A stretch of 63,800 nucleotides of DNA, the filler included, from Octopus bimaculoides (lineage: Eukaryota), in assembly GCF_001194135.2 (NCBI RefSeq). It is 7 parts of 6 records of this genome, joined end to end, with 100 filler letters (N's around TTAATTAATTAA, not from the genome) between each part and the next. Parts side by side here need not be neighbours in the genome. Positions count along the whole stretch, not along the records: positions 1 to 16,715 come from NC_068995.1; positions 16,816 to 32,899 come from NC_068984.1; 5 more parts are not named here. One strand, given 5' to 3'. This document shows positions 13,189-26,924 of the stretch, one piece after another (the first letter of the stretch is position 1; each line of letters opens with the position of its first letter). The notes beneath the pieces were generated by a model, which was given only the letters and a program-made list of their open reading frames with translations, was not told where the DNA came from and ran no database searches. The translations under genes were made by a program, and so were the position numbers.

Positions 13189-13482
13189 CTATGTATACGT
13201 ATTGGTGAGCGCTACATGCAGAGCTGTTGTTTATTTCTGGATTCTTATTAACAGTGGCAGCCATTTTACTGAAGTTATAACAGAAAACACTTTTACCAAA
13301 AACTCTAAACTGTCCGCTTCCCACTTATTGGGTGGGGGATCATTTAGTTCCCATTTCATAAACACTTGATAGTTTGTTGAGGGAGACATTAAGAGCTTCA
13401 AGTAATTATTCCGAATCTGAACTACAAGTTTGTGTAGGGCCCACATTTAAAATTCAGTAGGGAAGCTTTTTTTTTATTTTAT

Positions 13483-13762
13483 CCCTATTTAGGACAATAG
13501 GGAGTGTGTTTTCCTCCCCATTTTAGACAATAAGGCAGTTGCTTTGTCCCCTATTTTAGACAAGGTAGTTTGTTTTGACCTCTATGTTGCACAGAAGGGG
13601 TATTTGTTTTTAGCCCTATTTAGGACAGTAGGGAATGTTTTTGTCCCTATTTTAGACAATGAAGCAGTTGTATTGGTCCCTATTTTACACAGATCATTTG
13701 TTTTAGCCCCTGTGTAAGACAGTAGAGAGGTTGTTTTACTTCTTATTTAGGACAGTAGGGAG
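13483..13762. repeat. Degenerate ~32-bp minisatellite (9 units) with 4-unit higher-order period
   Basis: Units such as CCCTATTTAGGACAATAGGGAG; units 1, 5 and 9 are alike, as are 2 and 6, 3 and 7, 4 and 8. Confidence 0.85.
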
Positions 13763-14164
13763 TATGTATACACAGATCACCATATATACACGCCCATTTC
13801 TATATACTTCCCGTCTTTTGGTATCTTGTGGCAAATTATATTTTGCATTCCTCGTCTAGATTATTTAATTTCCAATTATGCACTTATCAATTTCAACCTG
13901 GAATTTAAGGCTTAATTTTTTTTTTCCTTTGTTTGTTTATTTTTGTTTACTTAATATTTTTTTTCGTTTTGCTTATTTTTCTGTTGCTGTTATACCTTGG
14001 TATCACATGCATACATATATACACATATACACGCTTCATATTCACACATGCTTACACACATACATACAAATGCATCATTATACACATGCATACACACACA
14101 CACATACGCATGTTCACAACGGCACTTGATTTAGGTGGGGCTGAAGACTTAATTGAGCTTCTAG

Positions 14165-14527
14165 TTTAACACCACCACTATCACTACAGCCATCACTGCT
14201 ACTACCACCACCACCACAACAACCACCTCCACCACTGCCACCACCACAACCACAACAACCAACACCATCACAACCACAACCAGCACCACCACCATTACAA
14301 CTATCGCCACCACCACAACAACAACAATCGCCATCACCACTACTACTACCACTGCTATCACCACTATCACCACCACTACCACCAGCAGCACCACGATCTT
14401 CACCACAACCACAACCCACCCATCACCACCACAACTGCCATCATCAGCACCAGCACTATCACCATCACCTCAACCACCACCACCATCACCACCACCACCA
14501 CCACCACCGCCATCACCACCACCACCT
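14165..14527. repeat. Cryptic (ACC/ACA)n trinucleotide array
   Basis: Low-complexity ACC-rich tract. Confidence 0.9.
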
Positions 14528-14864
14528 GCCCTTTGGGGTCCCTCAGAGGAGTTCATTCTGNNNNNNNNNNNNNNNNNNNNNNNNNNNNNNNNNNNNNNNN
14601 NNNNNNNNNNNNNNNNNNNNNNNNNNNNNNNNNNNNNNNNNNNNNNNNNNNNNNNNNNNNNNNNNNNNNNNNNNNNNNNNNNNNNNNNNNNNNNNNNNNN
14701 NNNNNNNNNNNNNNNNNNNNNNNNNNNNNNNNNNNNNNNNNNNNNNNNCTTTTCATCCTTTTGGGGCTGATAAAATAAGTACCAATTGAATACTTGGCTC
14801 AATGAAATCAACTTAACCTTTCACCTGATATTGCTGGCCTTGTGCCAAAAACTTGAAACCATTA

Positions 14865-14919
<55 letters not shown>

Positions 14920-15125
14920 GGTGGTGATGAGCTGGCAGAATCGTTAGCATGCTGGACAAAATGCTTAGCAGTATTTCACCCGCCGCTACATTCTGAGTTC
15001 AAATTCTGCCAAAGTCGACTTCACTTTCATCCTTTCAGGGTCGATAAAGTAAGTACCAGTTGAAGACAGGGGTCAATGTCATCGACTCATCCCCATCTCC
15101 CTCAAGCTGCCCCTGTGGCAAAAAT
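14920..15125 (+). mobile_element. tRNA-derived SINE family 2
   Basis: Similar to 6729-6942. Confidence 0.85.
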
Positions 15126-15130
15126 TTTAG

Positions 15131-15208
<78 letters not shown>

Positions 15209-15221
15209 AAGCTGGCATCAA

Positions 15222-15380
15222 TGTCGTCATCATTTAACGTCCGCTTTCCATGCTAGCATGGGTTGGACGATTTGACTGAGGACTGGTGAAACCAGATGGC
15301 TACACCAGGCTCCAATCTGATTTGGCAGAGTTTCTACAGCTGGATGCCCTTCCTAACGCCAACCACTCAGAGAGTGTAAT
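15222..15380 (-). mobile_element. SINE/RTE-type repeat 3' part
   Basis: catcatttaacgtccgctttccatgctagcatgg...ctggatgcccttcctaacgccaacc; antisense of 4765-5041. Confidence 0.8.
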
Positions 15381-15679
15381 CAACTTAAATATTCCTGGGC
15401 GTGCATATAAAAACTGCCCCCTTCTGCTGAGCTATGTTGAGCCATTGTGGCAGAGTGGGCTTGTCGAAACCAGTATGATGTGAAGCTCAAGTTTGTGGTC
15501 TCCTCATCAGACTGTGATTGGTGGAGAGAACATGCTGAGGCCTTCATTCTGTGGTGGATCAAGCATAGGCAATCCAATCCGATCCAGTCCCTAAAATATA
15601 AATCATGTATGTTTATATGACCGTCACTGTCTTCGTTCCCTCTATAATTGCCATTATTATTATCATTGTGATGCTTATT

Positions 15680-16330
15680 TTTATCACCAACAACACCTTC
15701 GTCATCTTCACCATCACCATCATCACTACCTCATTTATCACCACCACCACCACCACCAGCATCATCACCAACACCACCGCCTTTTTCAAACTATCACCAC
15801 CACCGCCAACATTTTCATCATCATCACTGCCTCCACCATGGCATCATCTTCACTACCATTACCACAATGCAGCATTTGGGCCCATCATATCTTGTCAAAC
15901 CATCCAACCTGTGCCAGTATGGGACATGGATGTTAAATGATGATGATGATGGTGATGGTAAATACACACACCACTGTCATTGACTACTGCCTCACCACCA
16001 CCATCACCACCACCACCACCACCACCACTATCATCATTAACACCCCCACCATCATTTTTATCACCACCACCAGCACCACTATGGTTACGTTGCACCCCAC
16101 TCCAGCACCACCGTCACCACTATGATAACCTTGCAGCCCCTTCCAACACCACCATTACCACCATCCCAACTAACGGTACAACCTCTAAAGCCTCTGTCCT
16201 TACTACTCGCACTACCACCTACACCTACTAACAACACCACCACCACTTCCACCACCACCATCAGCTACATCAGTAATGCCTCCACCTCTACCACTATGAA
16301 TATCACCTCCACTGCTAACACCACTGTCTG
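15680..16330. repeat. Cryptic (ACC/ATC)n array
   Basis: Low-complexity trinucleotide tract interrupted by a SINE tail. Confidence 0.85.
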
Positions 16331-16614
16331 TCACCACCACCACCACCGCCGCCGCAACGAAGAACCAACAGCCCCCTGCCCCCAAATCCACACACCCTTC
16401 ATTATGATGCTTACACCCTTCCTTTCAACCCTCTGTCTCTAGCTGTTTCAAATCTCCTCCTATCCACATCCTCAGCCCTCCCACAAAGTACCGCTGCGAT
16501 CAACCACCCTTGCCATTCACCCGAAATTGCCCCCACCGTCTGCTAACCCCTAAACCCTTAACCCCTGTGAGACCCATTATAGCCCTTCCTCCCTCCTTTA
16601 CTAACTCATACCAG

Positions 16615-16631
16615 CAAGTACATGTCCGTGG
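16615..16631 (+). CDS. Candidate 17-nt microexon (S-K-Y-M-S-V), phase 2-1
   Basis: cccttcctccctcctttactaactcataccag|CAAGTACATGTCCGTGG|gtgagc, with TACTAAC at 16599-16605. With the 10-nt candidate it adds 27 nt and restores phase 1. Confidence 0.4.
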
Positions 16632-16715
16632 GTGAGCCGAAATGTTCTAGTATATGTGGATATGTATATATATATATATGTGTATTCGTGTATGTGTGTA
16701 TGTATATATATACAT

Positions 16716-16815
16716 NNNNNNNNNNNNNNNNNNNNNNNNNNNNNNNNNNNNNNNNNNNNTTAATTAATTAANNNNNNNNNNNNNNNNNNNNNNNNNNNNN
16801 NNNNNNNNNNNNNNN
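16716..16815. other. Artificial scaffold spacer N44-TTAATTAATTAA-N44
   Basis: Identical 100-nt cassette repeated six times in the window. Confidence 0.95.
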
Positions 16816-16939
16816 GTTTATATAATTCTGGAGTATGTGTGAGGAGCTAGCCAGTGAGAGAAGTATATGCGTGCGTGAGTGTGTAAGATAGATAAAGAGA
16901 AAGTGTGAGAAAGAGAGAGTGTGTGTGTGTGAGAGAGAG

Positions 16940-16995
<56 letters not shown>

Positions 16996-17606
16996 GAGCA
17001 GTGACCTGACGCACACACCTACACGCATAACGACGTGTTTGTGTCCGAGCACGTGCATTCTGGCTGAATGAGTCTGCACATGTTTCGAGGTGAGCATGTT
17101 TTGTAATGCGTGTGTGCATGTGTAGGCTATATGCAGCCTGTATAATAAGCGTTGGATTAATAAGGAAGTCTGTCAAGACAGACACATAAATGTCCTTGGC
17201 AGGTTTATATTTTATAAAACATGCTTTATAACGAGTTTTACCTTTCCCTCATATCCATACACGCATATTTATTATTTCTCGCTTATTCATTCTTCAATCC
17301 ATTATTCTCTTCTTCCTTTCTTTCGTTTATTTATTCATTCGTTTATTCGTTTCTCTCTCATGCCACCGTTTTCTTGTTTATAAATCAGTTTTCCTATTCT
17401 CTTCTTTCATTCTGTTTTGTGTGTGTGTGTTTTTTTAATGTATTCTTTAATTCCGTTCTTCTACTATCACTCAATTCTCTTTATAACCTATTCCTTTAAT
17501 TCATTCATAATAAAGAAAACAACAACAAAAATACTAGTCTTGGTAGAAGAATGAATAAGTAGTCCTTATTTAAAAGAAAAAAAGAAAAATGAAATAAATA
17601 AAACAA

Positions 17607-17753
17607 CTGCTTCCCAAACACATGATTCCGGGTTCAGTCCCACTGCGTGGCACCATGGGCAGGTGTCTTCTACTAAAGCCTTCTGAGTGGATTTGGGTAG
17701 GCGGAAACCGAAAGAAGCCCGTCGTGTATATATATAAACATATATATATATAC

Positions 17754-17796
<43 letters not shown>

Positions 17797-18028
17797 TGTT
17801 TGTGTGTGTCTGTGTGTGTTTCTGTATGTGTTTGTCCCCACCACCGCTTGACACGCGGTGTGTTTGCGTCCCCGTAACTTAGCAGTTCGGCAAATTGATC
17901 TTCGATTGAATAAGTAAGTACCAGGCTTAAAAAGCAAATAAGTACCGGGCTTAATTAATTCGGTTAAAATTCTTGAAGGTGGTGCCCCAGCATGGCCACA
18001 GTTTTAGGGCTGATAACGAATAAAAGAA
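17607..18028 (+). mobile_element. SINE family 1 with internal microsatellite
   Basis: Similar to 2800-3245. Confidence 0.9.
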
Positions 18029-18660
18029 GATCAGTCCCTCGCGTTTCTTTTTTCCTTCGTGCCCATGGCTTCAATACTAAAGAAGCTCCGAAGTGGTCGT
18101 TCGACTTCCTAAAATTAACAGCCAATTCCTCATCAAATCACACTCTGCCAATGCATTCAGAAAATAAAATTAAAAAATTATGTATGAGATAGATGGTCAC
18201 GACTGGAACGACATTGTACTAAACGGTAAAAATCATCAATATTAACCACCTGTTTTTCTTGAGCCTACGAACAAGCGGTGGTTGCTTCTTGACCTGCAAG
18301 AATATTTTCTACTCTAGGCACAAGGTCCGAAATTTTGATGGGAGGGGACCAGTCGATTACATCGATCCAGTACGCAACTGGTACTTAATTTATCGACCCC
18401 AAAAGGATGAAAGCCAAAGCGCCAGACGTGCTGGCAGAAACGTTAGCGCGTCGGTATTTCGTCTGTTTTAACTTTCTTAGTTCAAATTCCGCCGAGGTCG
18501 ACTTTGCTTTTCATCCTTTCGGGGGTCGATAAATTAAGTACCAAAAATTTCGGGCCTTGTGCTTAGAGTAGAAAAGATTTTGACCTGCAAAAATAGCAGT
18601 TACCAAATTATATCCAATTATCATCACGCTTTATACCTTATATATTATATATATATTCTA

Positions 18661-19055
18661 TCTTTTACTTCTTTTAGTCGTAAGACTGCGGCCATGCTGG
18701 GGCACCGCATTGAAGAATTTTTAGTCGAATGAACCGATTCCAGTACTTTTTTATCTTTAAGCCTGATACTTGTTCTATAGGCCTCTATTTTGCCGAACCG
18801 CTAGGTTACGGGTACGTAAACACACCAACACCGGTTGTCAAGCGTTAGTGGGGGACAAACACGGACACAAAGACACGCGGGCGCACACCACACACACACA
18901 TACACATACAACGGGCTTCTTTCACTTTCCGTCACAAGGTTTTGATTGGTCCGTGACTATTACTAGAAGACATTTGCCCAAGTTGCCACGTAGTGGGACT
19001 GAACGCGGAACCATGTGGTTTGGGAAGCAAGCTTTCTTACCCCTCAGCTACGCCC
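18661..19055 (-). mobile_element. SINE family 1
   Basis: Reverse complement of 2800-3245 type. Confidence 0.9.
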
Positions 19056-19465
19056 GGATGATGGAATACCTCAGAGCATGTTTGACCTATGGCTGAACTA
19101 CAGCAATAATAAAAATTCAATATCTTTTATAACTTTCTGATTTCTGGAGACCTTCAAAGTTTATTTACGAAACAAATGTAAAAAGAACTCCATAAATATT
19201 CTTCCTTCGTTCGGCTTATTCCGTCTTCCTTTCCCTCCGTCAATCTACAGACATCGGGCCCTTCTTCACGGCATTTCAGTTCTTTCTTCTTCTTCTTCTT
19301 CTTCTTCTTCTTCTTCTTCTTTTTCTCTGTATATGCTTATCTGCACTTTATACGCAGAAACGCTTATATACACACACACACACACACATTCATATAATCG
19401 CTTATATGCATGCATATACAGATATATGCATATATATGCATAATATATATATATATGCATATATA

Positions 19466-19525
<60 letters not shown>

Positions 19526-19733
19526 TAACTCTTCGAAACGCCGGTGTTAAAACGGGGGTAGCTGATGAAGGAAAATGTTCTCTATGTGGCCTGTGTGTTT
19601 TCTGTACTTTGGTTATTATTATTTTCTTGTCTACGTTTTGTTTGCAATGTCCTGCACCCAGATATGCACCTATATATACAGGTAGACGTAGGTATGCACA
19701 TGCCTGTACGTATATATGCATATACTCATTTGT

Positions 19734-19735
<2 letters not shown>
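19526..19735 (+). repeat. Interspersed repeat embedded in (TA)n, possibly Penelope-like terminal repeat
   Basis: Near-identical to 45119-45331 (minus) and partly to 39640-39734. Confidence 0.7.
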
Positions 19736-19815
<80 letters not shown>

Positions 19816-20294
19816 TTAGGGACAAAATCCAAAGTTTTATATATATATATATATATATATGCATATATACAGCACATATAGGCGTTCGTCTTCGTTCACC
19901 TTCCATATTCACCCTTCCTTCCTGCCTTCCTCCCGTCCGTCCGTCCATCCTTTCTTTTACTTATTTATTTGTTTGTTTGTTTGTTTGTTTTTGCTGCTGT
20001 CTTTCCCAGCTGTTTTCATCTGTCCGCTCACCTTTCTTGTCTGTCTATCTTGGTCCTGTTTAAAATGCAATCTTGACTGGCCTTCGCTTGCCACCACCAC
20101 CACCACCATCATCATTATCATCATCATCATCATCATAAAGATCAAGCGGGCTAGCTGCCACAACAACAAACGTAGTAGCAGCAGTAGTAGCAGTAGTAGT
20201 AATAGTAGTTGTGGCGGCGGCATCAGCAGCAGCAAAACTACCAATATCACCACCACCAACAACAGCACCAGCGCCAATCACCGCCAACGCTACT

Positions 20295-20325
<31 letters not shown>

Positions 20326-20944
20326 GCATCGTCTGCCGTCTCACTTACATCGACAGCAAGCTCCTCTGATCAAAACACCAACTGGCCAACAGACCAAACA
20401 AGCTTGCTGTTGTTTATTATCGATGTTCATATATCAGTGCAGTTGTTGTTTTCTTTTCTTCTTCTTCTCTCTCTCTGTCCTTACTTTTACCATTTTTATT
20501 GTACTACTATAAAGCAAACCTGCTCATCATCATCATAATCATCATTGTCGTCGTCTAATTATTATTGTTGTTGTTGTTGTTAGAGTAAAGTACCTCTTGA
20601 CTTTGCGGGCTGTGTGTGTGTGTGTGCATGTGTGTTTGTGCGTGTGTGCGCACCTGTGCATATATATATATATATAAAATACCATACACACACGCACACG
20701 TGTGTGTGTGCTTATATTTACATACAATGTTTATAAATATTTCACACATACCCACACACACACACATATATGTGTGTGTGTGTGTGTAATTATACATTCA
20801 CGCACATTCTCTAATACGTTGGAACTTCCATTCCGTTTTGTTTTATTCATTCTATCTATATAGCTGTAATTAATTTTATTAATTTTAAACTCCTGATTGA
20901 ATCCTGTAACCGATATATATACACACACACACACAGACATATAC

Positions 20945-21018
<74 letters not shown>

Positions 21019-21525
21019 NNNNNNNNNNNNNNNNNNNNNNNNNNNNNNNNNNNNNNNNNNNNNNNNNNNNNNNNNNNNNNNNNNNNNNNNNNNNNNNNNN
21101 NNNNNNNNNNNNNNNNNNNNNNNNNNNNNNNNNNNNNNNNNNNNNNNNNNNNNNNNNNNNNNNNNNNNNNNNNNNNNNNNNNNNNNNNNNNNNNNNNNNN
21201 NNNNNNNNNNNNNNNNNNNNNNNNNNNNNNNNNNNNNNNNNNNNNNNNNNNNNNNNNNNNNNNNNNNNNNNNNNNNNNNNNNNNNNNNNNNNNNNNNNNN
21301 NNNNNNNNNNNNNNNNNNNNNNNNNNNNNNNNNNNNNNNNNNNNNNNNNNNNNNNNNNNNNNNNNNNNNNNNNNNNNNNNNNNNNNNNNNNNNNNNNNNN
21401 NNNNNNNNNNNNNNNNNNNNNNNNNNNNNNNNNNNNNNNNNNNNNNNNNNNNNNNNNNNNNNNNNNNNNNNNNNNNNNNNNNNNNNNNNNNNNNNNNNNN
21501 NNNNNNNNNNNNNNNNNNNNNNNNN

Positions 21526-21567
<42 letters not shown>

Positions 21568-22037
21568 CAAATAATAAACGAGTATATGCATATGTATGTA
21601 CATACTTACATTCTGTATATATATGTATATATATGTATGTGTATGCGCATATGTGTGTGTGTTTTGTATATATATATTATACACACATGTATACGTATGC
21701 ACAAAATACAGATTCGTATTCTCACAATAACAGCAGCAGCAGAACTACCTCCCCTGCGTCCCCCACACATTATCGCCACCACTACCACTACCACCACCTC
21801 CACCACCATCGCCGCTGCCATCAGCACTAAAGAGTAACAACTCTAGCAGTTATTATATGTATACATATCACGGACGGTTATACAACACATATACGCAATT
21901 CCAGATATACATACCGCATCCACAGACACACACACACACACACACACACATACAAACATATACTGCATATACACACACACAAACTGCACAATATACACCG
22001 CCAGCAGTTTATATATACATTATATACATATACATTC

Positions 22038-22075
<38 letters not shown>

Positions 22076-22510
22076 GCAATCACGTACATTCACTTCACAT
22101 CTTGTATAAACCCGCAAGACACACGTACACGCGCGCAGGCGCGAGCGATTACGCCACACACAAACACTCAGTCGCTCTGGCGAACACACACGCGCACACA
22201 TACACATGCGCGCGCACCCTCACACACGTACAGATTCACTCTCACACGCACTCACTCACTCACTCAGTCAGTCATTCACTCACACTACAACGAAACCAAG
22301 ATTTGTACACACACACACACACTCACATTCGCTCGCACTCACTCACTCACTCACTCACACATCATTCAGTCGGGCACTGGCAGTCATATGCGCGCACACA
22401 CGAACATAGGAAGCAAACACACGCGCGCGCACACAGACACAGACACACACACTTGCCGCACATAGACATACATAACATGTACACGTACAAACACACACGT
22501 CGGTTCGTAC

Positions 22511-22549
22511 CAACTCTGTAGAACCAGCATCACTAAGGCGACGTCTCAT
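22511..22549 (-). CDS. Candidate first coding exon MRRRLSDAGSTEL| (phase 0)
   Basis: ATG in CpG-rich unique sequence, TTG|GTACGA donor, RRxS motif; no homology recognised. Confidence 0.3.
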
Positions 22550-23078
22550 TGCCAACTTTGCATCAGTATTTCTCAGACCGCTTTACATTCTGACCGGACA
22601 CGGACGGATTCCTTGGCTGTTTCTTTTAATCGCATTGGATATTTCTTCCTTGACTCGTAATCTTCTCCATGTAAATATATATATATATATATATATATTA
22701 TATAATATAATATATATATATCTTAATTACACATACACACACACATATATATATATACATGTATATATATACATATTTCAATCGCATATATTAATATATT
22801 TTCTATGTTTAACTGGTTTGTTACCGTCTTCACGACGTTAATCTAACGCCTTCTATATCTATATCTCTATATATACATATATCTATATACATATATACAC
22901 TTTCTATATGTATATAGTATATATTATACACAAATCGACTAAGTTTATATGAAATCTGGAGGAGTTCCTGTTATTATTTGTCTTACCTTAAAACACCGTG
23001 AGTATTCAAAATTTATATTTCATAAATAGATACACACACACATGTACGCATACCTGCACACCCACTAACACTTATATC

Positions 23079-23113
<35 letters not shown>

Positions 23114-26100
23114 GGTATCTATAAATTTCTATGTGTATTCTCTCTATATATATATATAGAGAGAGATGGTATCTATAAATTTCTATATGTAGTCTATATA
23201 TATATATATNNNNNNNNNNNNNNNNNNNNNNNNNNNNNNNNNNNNNNNNNNNNNNNNNNNNNNNNNNNNNNNNNNNNNNNNNNNNNNNNNNNNNNNNNNN
23301 NNNNNNNNNNNNNNNNNNNNNNNNNNNNNNNNNNNNNNNNNNNNNNNNNNNNNNNNNNNNNNNNNNNNNNNNNNNNNNNNNNNNNNNNNNNNNNNNNNNN
23401 NNNNNNNNNNNNNNNNNNNNNNNNNNNNNNNNNNNNNNNNNNNNNNNNNNNNNNNNNNNNNNNNNNNNNNNNNNNNNNNNNNNNNNNNNNNNNNNNNNNN
23501 NNNNNNNNNNNNNNNNNNNNNNNNNNNNNNNNNNNNNNNNNNNNNNNNNNNNNNNNNNNNNNNNNNNNNNNNNNNNNNNNNNNNNNNNNNNNNNNNNNNN
23601 NNNNNNNNNNNNNNNNNNNNNNNNNNNNNNNNNNNNNNNNNNNNNNNNNNNNNNNNNNNNNNNNNNNNNNNNNNNNNNNNNNNNNNNNNNNNNNNNNNNN
23701 NNNNNNNNNNNNNNNNNNNNNNNNNNNNNNNNNNNNNNNNNNNNNNNNNNNNNNNNNNNNNNNNNNNNNNNNNNNNNNNNNNNNNNNNNNNNNNNNNNNN
23801 NNNNNNNNNNNNNNNNNNNNNNNNNNNNNNNNNNNNNNNNNNNNNNNNNNNNNNNNNNNNNNNNNNNNNNNNNNNNNNNNNNNNNNNNNNNNNNNNNNNN
23901 NNNNNNNNNNNNNNNNNNNNNNNNNNNNNNNNNNNNNNNNNNNNNNNNNNNNNNNNNNNNNNNNNNNNNNNNNNNNNNNNNNNNNNNNNNNNNNNNNNNN
24001 NNNNNNNNNNNNTTGGCTACTATCTCCAGCAGATCGTGGGACTGCATAGAGGCACTTTTTTTCGTTGGCTCGGGCACAGGGTTATAATTTTATTTTGAGA
24101 GCGACATCTGACTCTGAAATCTACTGTGGTCGACTTTACCTTTTACCCCTTATACTAAGTACCAGTAATATCCACTGTCTTTCAACTTATTCCCTAAAGG
24201 TGTGTGTGTGCGCGACTTCGTGAAATCATCATCATCGTCATCATAGCAATTATTACAGTGGATTGGTCTTCCAATGGTTAGAGCGCAAGGACAAAAAAAA
24301 AAAATGACTTTAGTTATTTGTTCCGACTCTTTGCGTTCTGAGTTCGAATCCCGCCAAAGTCAGCTTTGCTTTTCACCCTTTCGATGTCAGTAAAAGAAAG
24401 TGCTAGTTAATATTGCGGGGTGGGGATGATAAAATAAAGTACCAGTCAAGTACTGGGGTTGATTTTTAATCGATGAACTCTGCCCCCGCAATTTACTGGT
24501 TTTGTGCCTTAATTAAAAAAAATAATAATTGTATTAAACTATTAACTGCACTGGTTTGGTAGAATCGTCAGAGCGTCGAACAAAATGCCTTCCAATGCTT
24601 ATTCTGGGTCTTCGAGTTCTGACTTCAGATTCCTTCAGAAGTCAACTTTGTCACAGGGATAAGGGTTGCTAACAAGTCAAGAACTAGGTTGACTTCGTCG
24701 CATAATCTCATCCTAAATTTCTAATATTGTAACTAATTTATAAATAATATTTACTGATCGGAAAAGCATGAACATCGCATATTCCTGTGACTCGTATTAT
24801 GTTATAAAAATCGTTTTTTAGAAGAAAAAAAAAAAAAAACAACCCCAAATATTTCGTGACTGATATTTTGTTTTGTGGACACTCCGCCCCCTCCACACAT
24901 GCACACTCTTTAAGGGAAGGTTAAAATATGAAGCTGACCTCGTTGGAATTCGAACCCAGAACTTAAATGCGAAGCGATTATAATAAACACTATCGTTATT
25001 ACTGACCGGGCGAATTGAGAGCTCGGGAGACGGTGAGCTTGTTAATAATCTATATTGTTTACGAAGTTATTGTTGTTGTTGTTGTCTAGACCTGGGTCAA
25101 AGGCACCCCATCTATGACCATCCCGTCTTATATTTATTTACATATGCTGCATCTAGAACCATATTTCCCAGTGTGTACTTCCCACTTTTAAGGGCAGCAT
25201 GGGTGTGACTCAAGAAAGGTAGACAGTGAGGGGCGACGGGGCGGCCCTCCCCCAGGCGATTTTTGTGGGGGCGGTACTTTTGGGTTTGCTGCATAAGACT
25301 GTATAGATTNNNNNNNNNNNNNNNNNNNNNNNNNNNNNNNNNNNNNNNNNNNNNNNNNNGTTGGCTGCTGTTTCTAGAAGTCATGCAACCGCGAAGTAGG
25401 GCTCTCCCCTACACACAGGCACGCACACACCAAGTAACATAATTTCCTGGATTTGCCGATCCGAGTTCAAATTCCTCTCGAAACCCTCTCGTTTTTATGG
25501 GACCAATTCAATCTTACTAAATCCGTGTTTCGTCCTTCCCCATCCCACGGAGAGGGACCCTAATCGGTTTTCTTTTCTCTTTTATTCGACTGTTGGCCAA
25601 AGTGCTAAAACTAGCAGTCGGCTCACACATTACACCGACCCCACCAAAAAAATAAACCTAAATAAAATATAAAAAAACAATAGCGAAGCACACCTTCATT
25701 TAAAACAAGAAATGCGAGATGGTAGAGGCTGGAACGCCTCTGATCACAGACAATTACATAGCTGTATGAAGGTCTAAATTAAGGGTAACAGATTGCCCTA
25801 TGCTCATTCCAAAAATGTTGCCCTCTAAATGCCGAGACATTGATCTATAAAAAATGCTGATTGTGAAATATATTAAAAATTGAGTATTTCCTTTCAGACT
25901 ATCATCCGAGTCAGACCCAAATAGATCTATTAAATATTTATACTTTATATTAATATATTTTTACATTAATTTTGTTCTCTGTCATTTATGAAACATTAGT
26001 TAACAGCATGTTAAATAAATAAGTTAATTACTTATAAGACTAGAGTAACGGGGGGTGGAGGTGCATATTAAAAGAATTTTTGATTAACACTTTATTTAAC

Positions 26101-26558
26101 GTAAAAGAATTATAAGTTACCCTTTTGTACTATGGTAAATCAGACACGAGAAAAAAAGTTTGCAGTAACCCTACCGACCCTTTCTTTTTTTCTTTTTTGG
26201 TACCCTTAGCATGTGCTTCGTGATGTTTTCAACTCTTTATTAGGATCTGGTCGCGTATTTTTAAAAGTTCTTTTTTTTTTTTAATATGTTGTTAGTAAGT
26301 TGATAAGCGAACTTTTAAGTTCGGCCCCTCCACTACGTAGTGAACTGGCCGGTGGCCTACCGGACAGTTTTTCTTATCGTATAAATCCAAAGAGAGTCAG
26401 TCTCATTATGTATGCACTGTGTCTGGCTAGGTCTGGTTTTGTCTGGGGATTACATTAAGGATACAAGTTTCTGTGGAATACTCAGTCATACACATTTAAA
26501 GTTCAGTGACTAGATATTTCCGTTGATCGAACAAATAGAACACACACACACACGCATA

Positions 26559-26924
26559 TCTTTTACTTGTTTCAGTCATTAGACTGCGACCTTGCTTGGG
26601 CATCGCCCGGGAGAATTTTAGGCGAACGAATCGGCTCCAAGTGCTTATTTCTAAACCCGGTAATTATTCTATCGGCCTCTTTTTGCCGAACCGCTAAGTT
26701 ACCGGTGGTAGGGGACAAACACAGATACAAAGACACACACACACACACATAGATATGTACCGTATATACGACAGGCTTCTTTAAGTTTCCATCTTCCAAA
26801 TCCACTCGCAAGGCTTTGATCAGCCCGATGCTAGAGTATAAGATATATGCCCCAAAGTGCCCACGCAGTGGGACTGAGCCTGGAACCATGCTGTTGGGAA
26901 GCAAGCTTCTTACCACACAGCCAC
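26559..26924 (-). mobile_element. SINE family 1
   Basis: Reverse-complement copy. Confidence 0.85.

Noticed and set aside
19526-19600. Circularly permuted (type II) hammerhead in the 19526/39640/45119 family (CGAAACG...CTGATGAAG)
   Set aside because: Both core words are present but I could not form stems I and III or a valid NUH triplet between them.
21712-21830. His-rich putative terminal exon DSYSHNN...SPASPTHYRHH...*
   Set aside because: Poor acceptor, largely (CAC/ACC)n low complexity, and beyond a scaffold spacer from the exon cluster.
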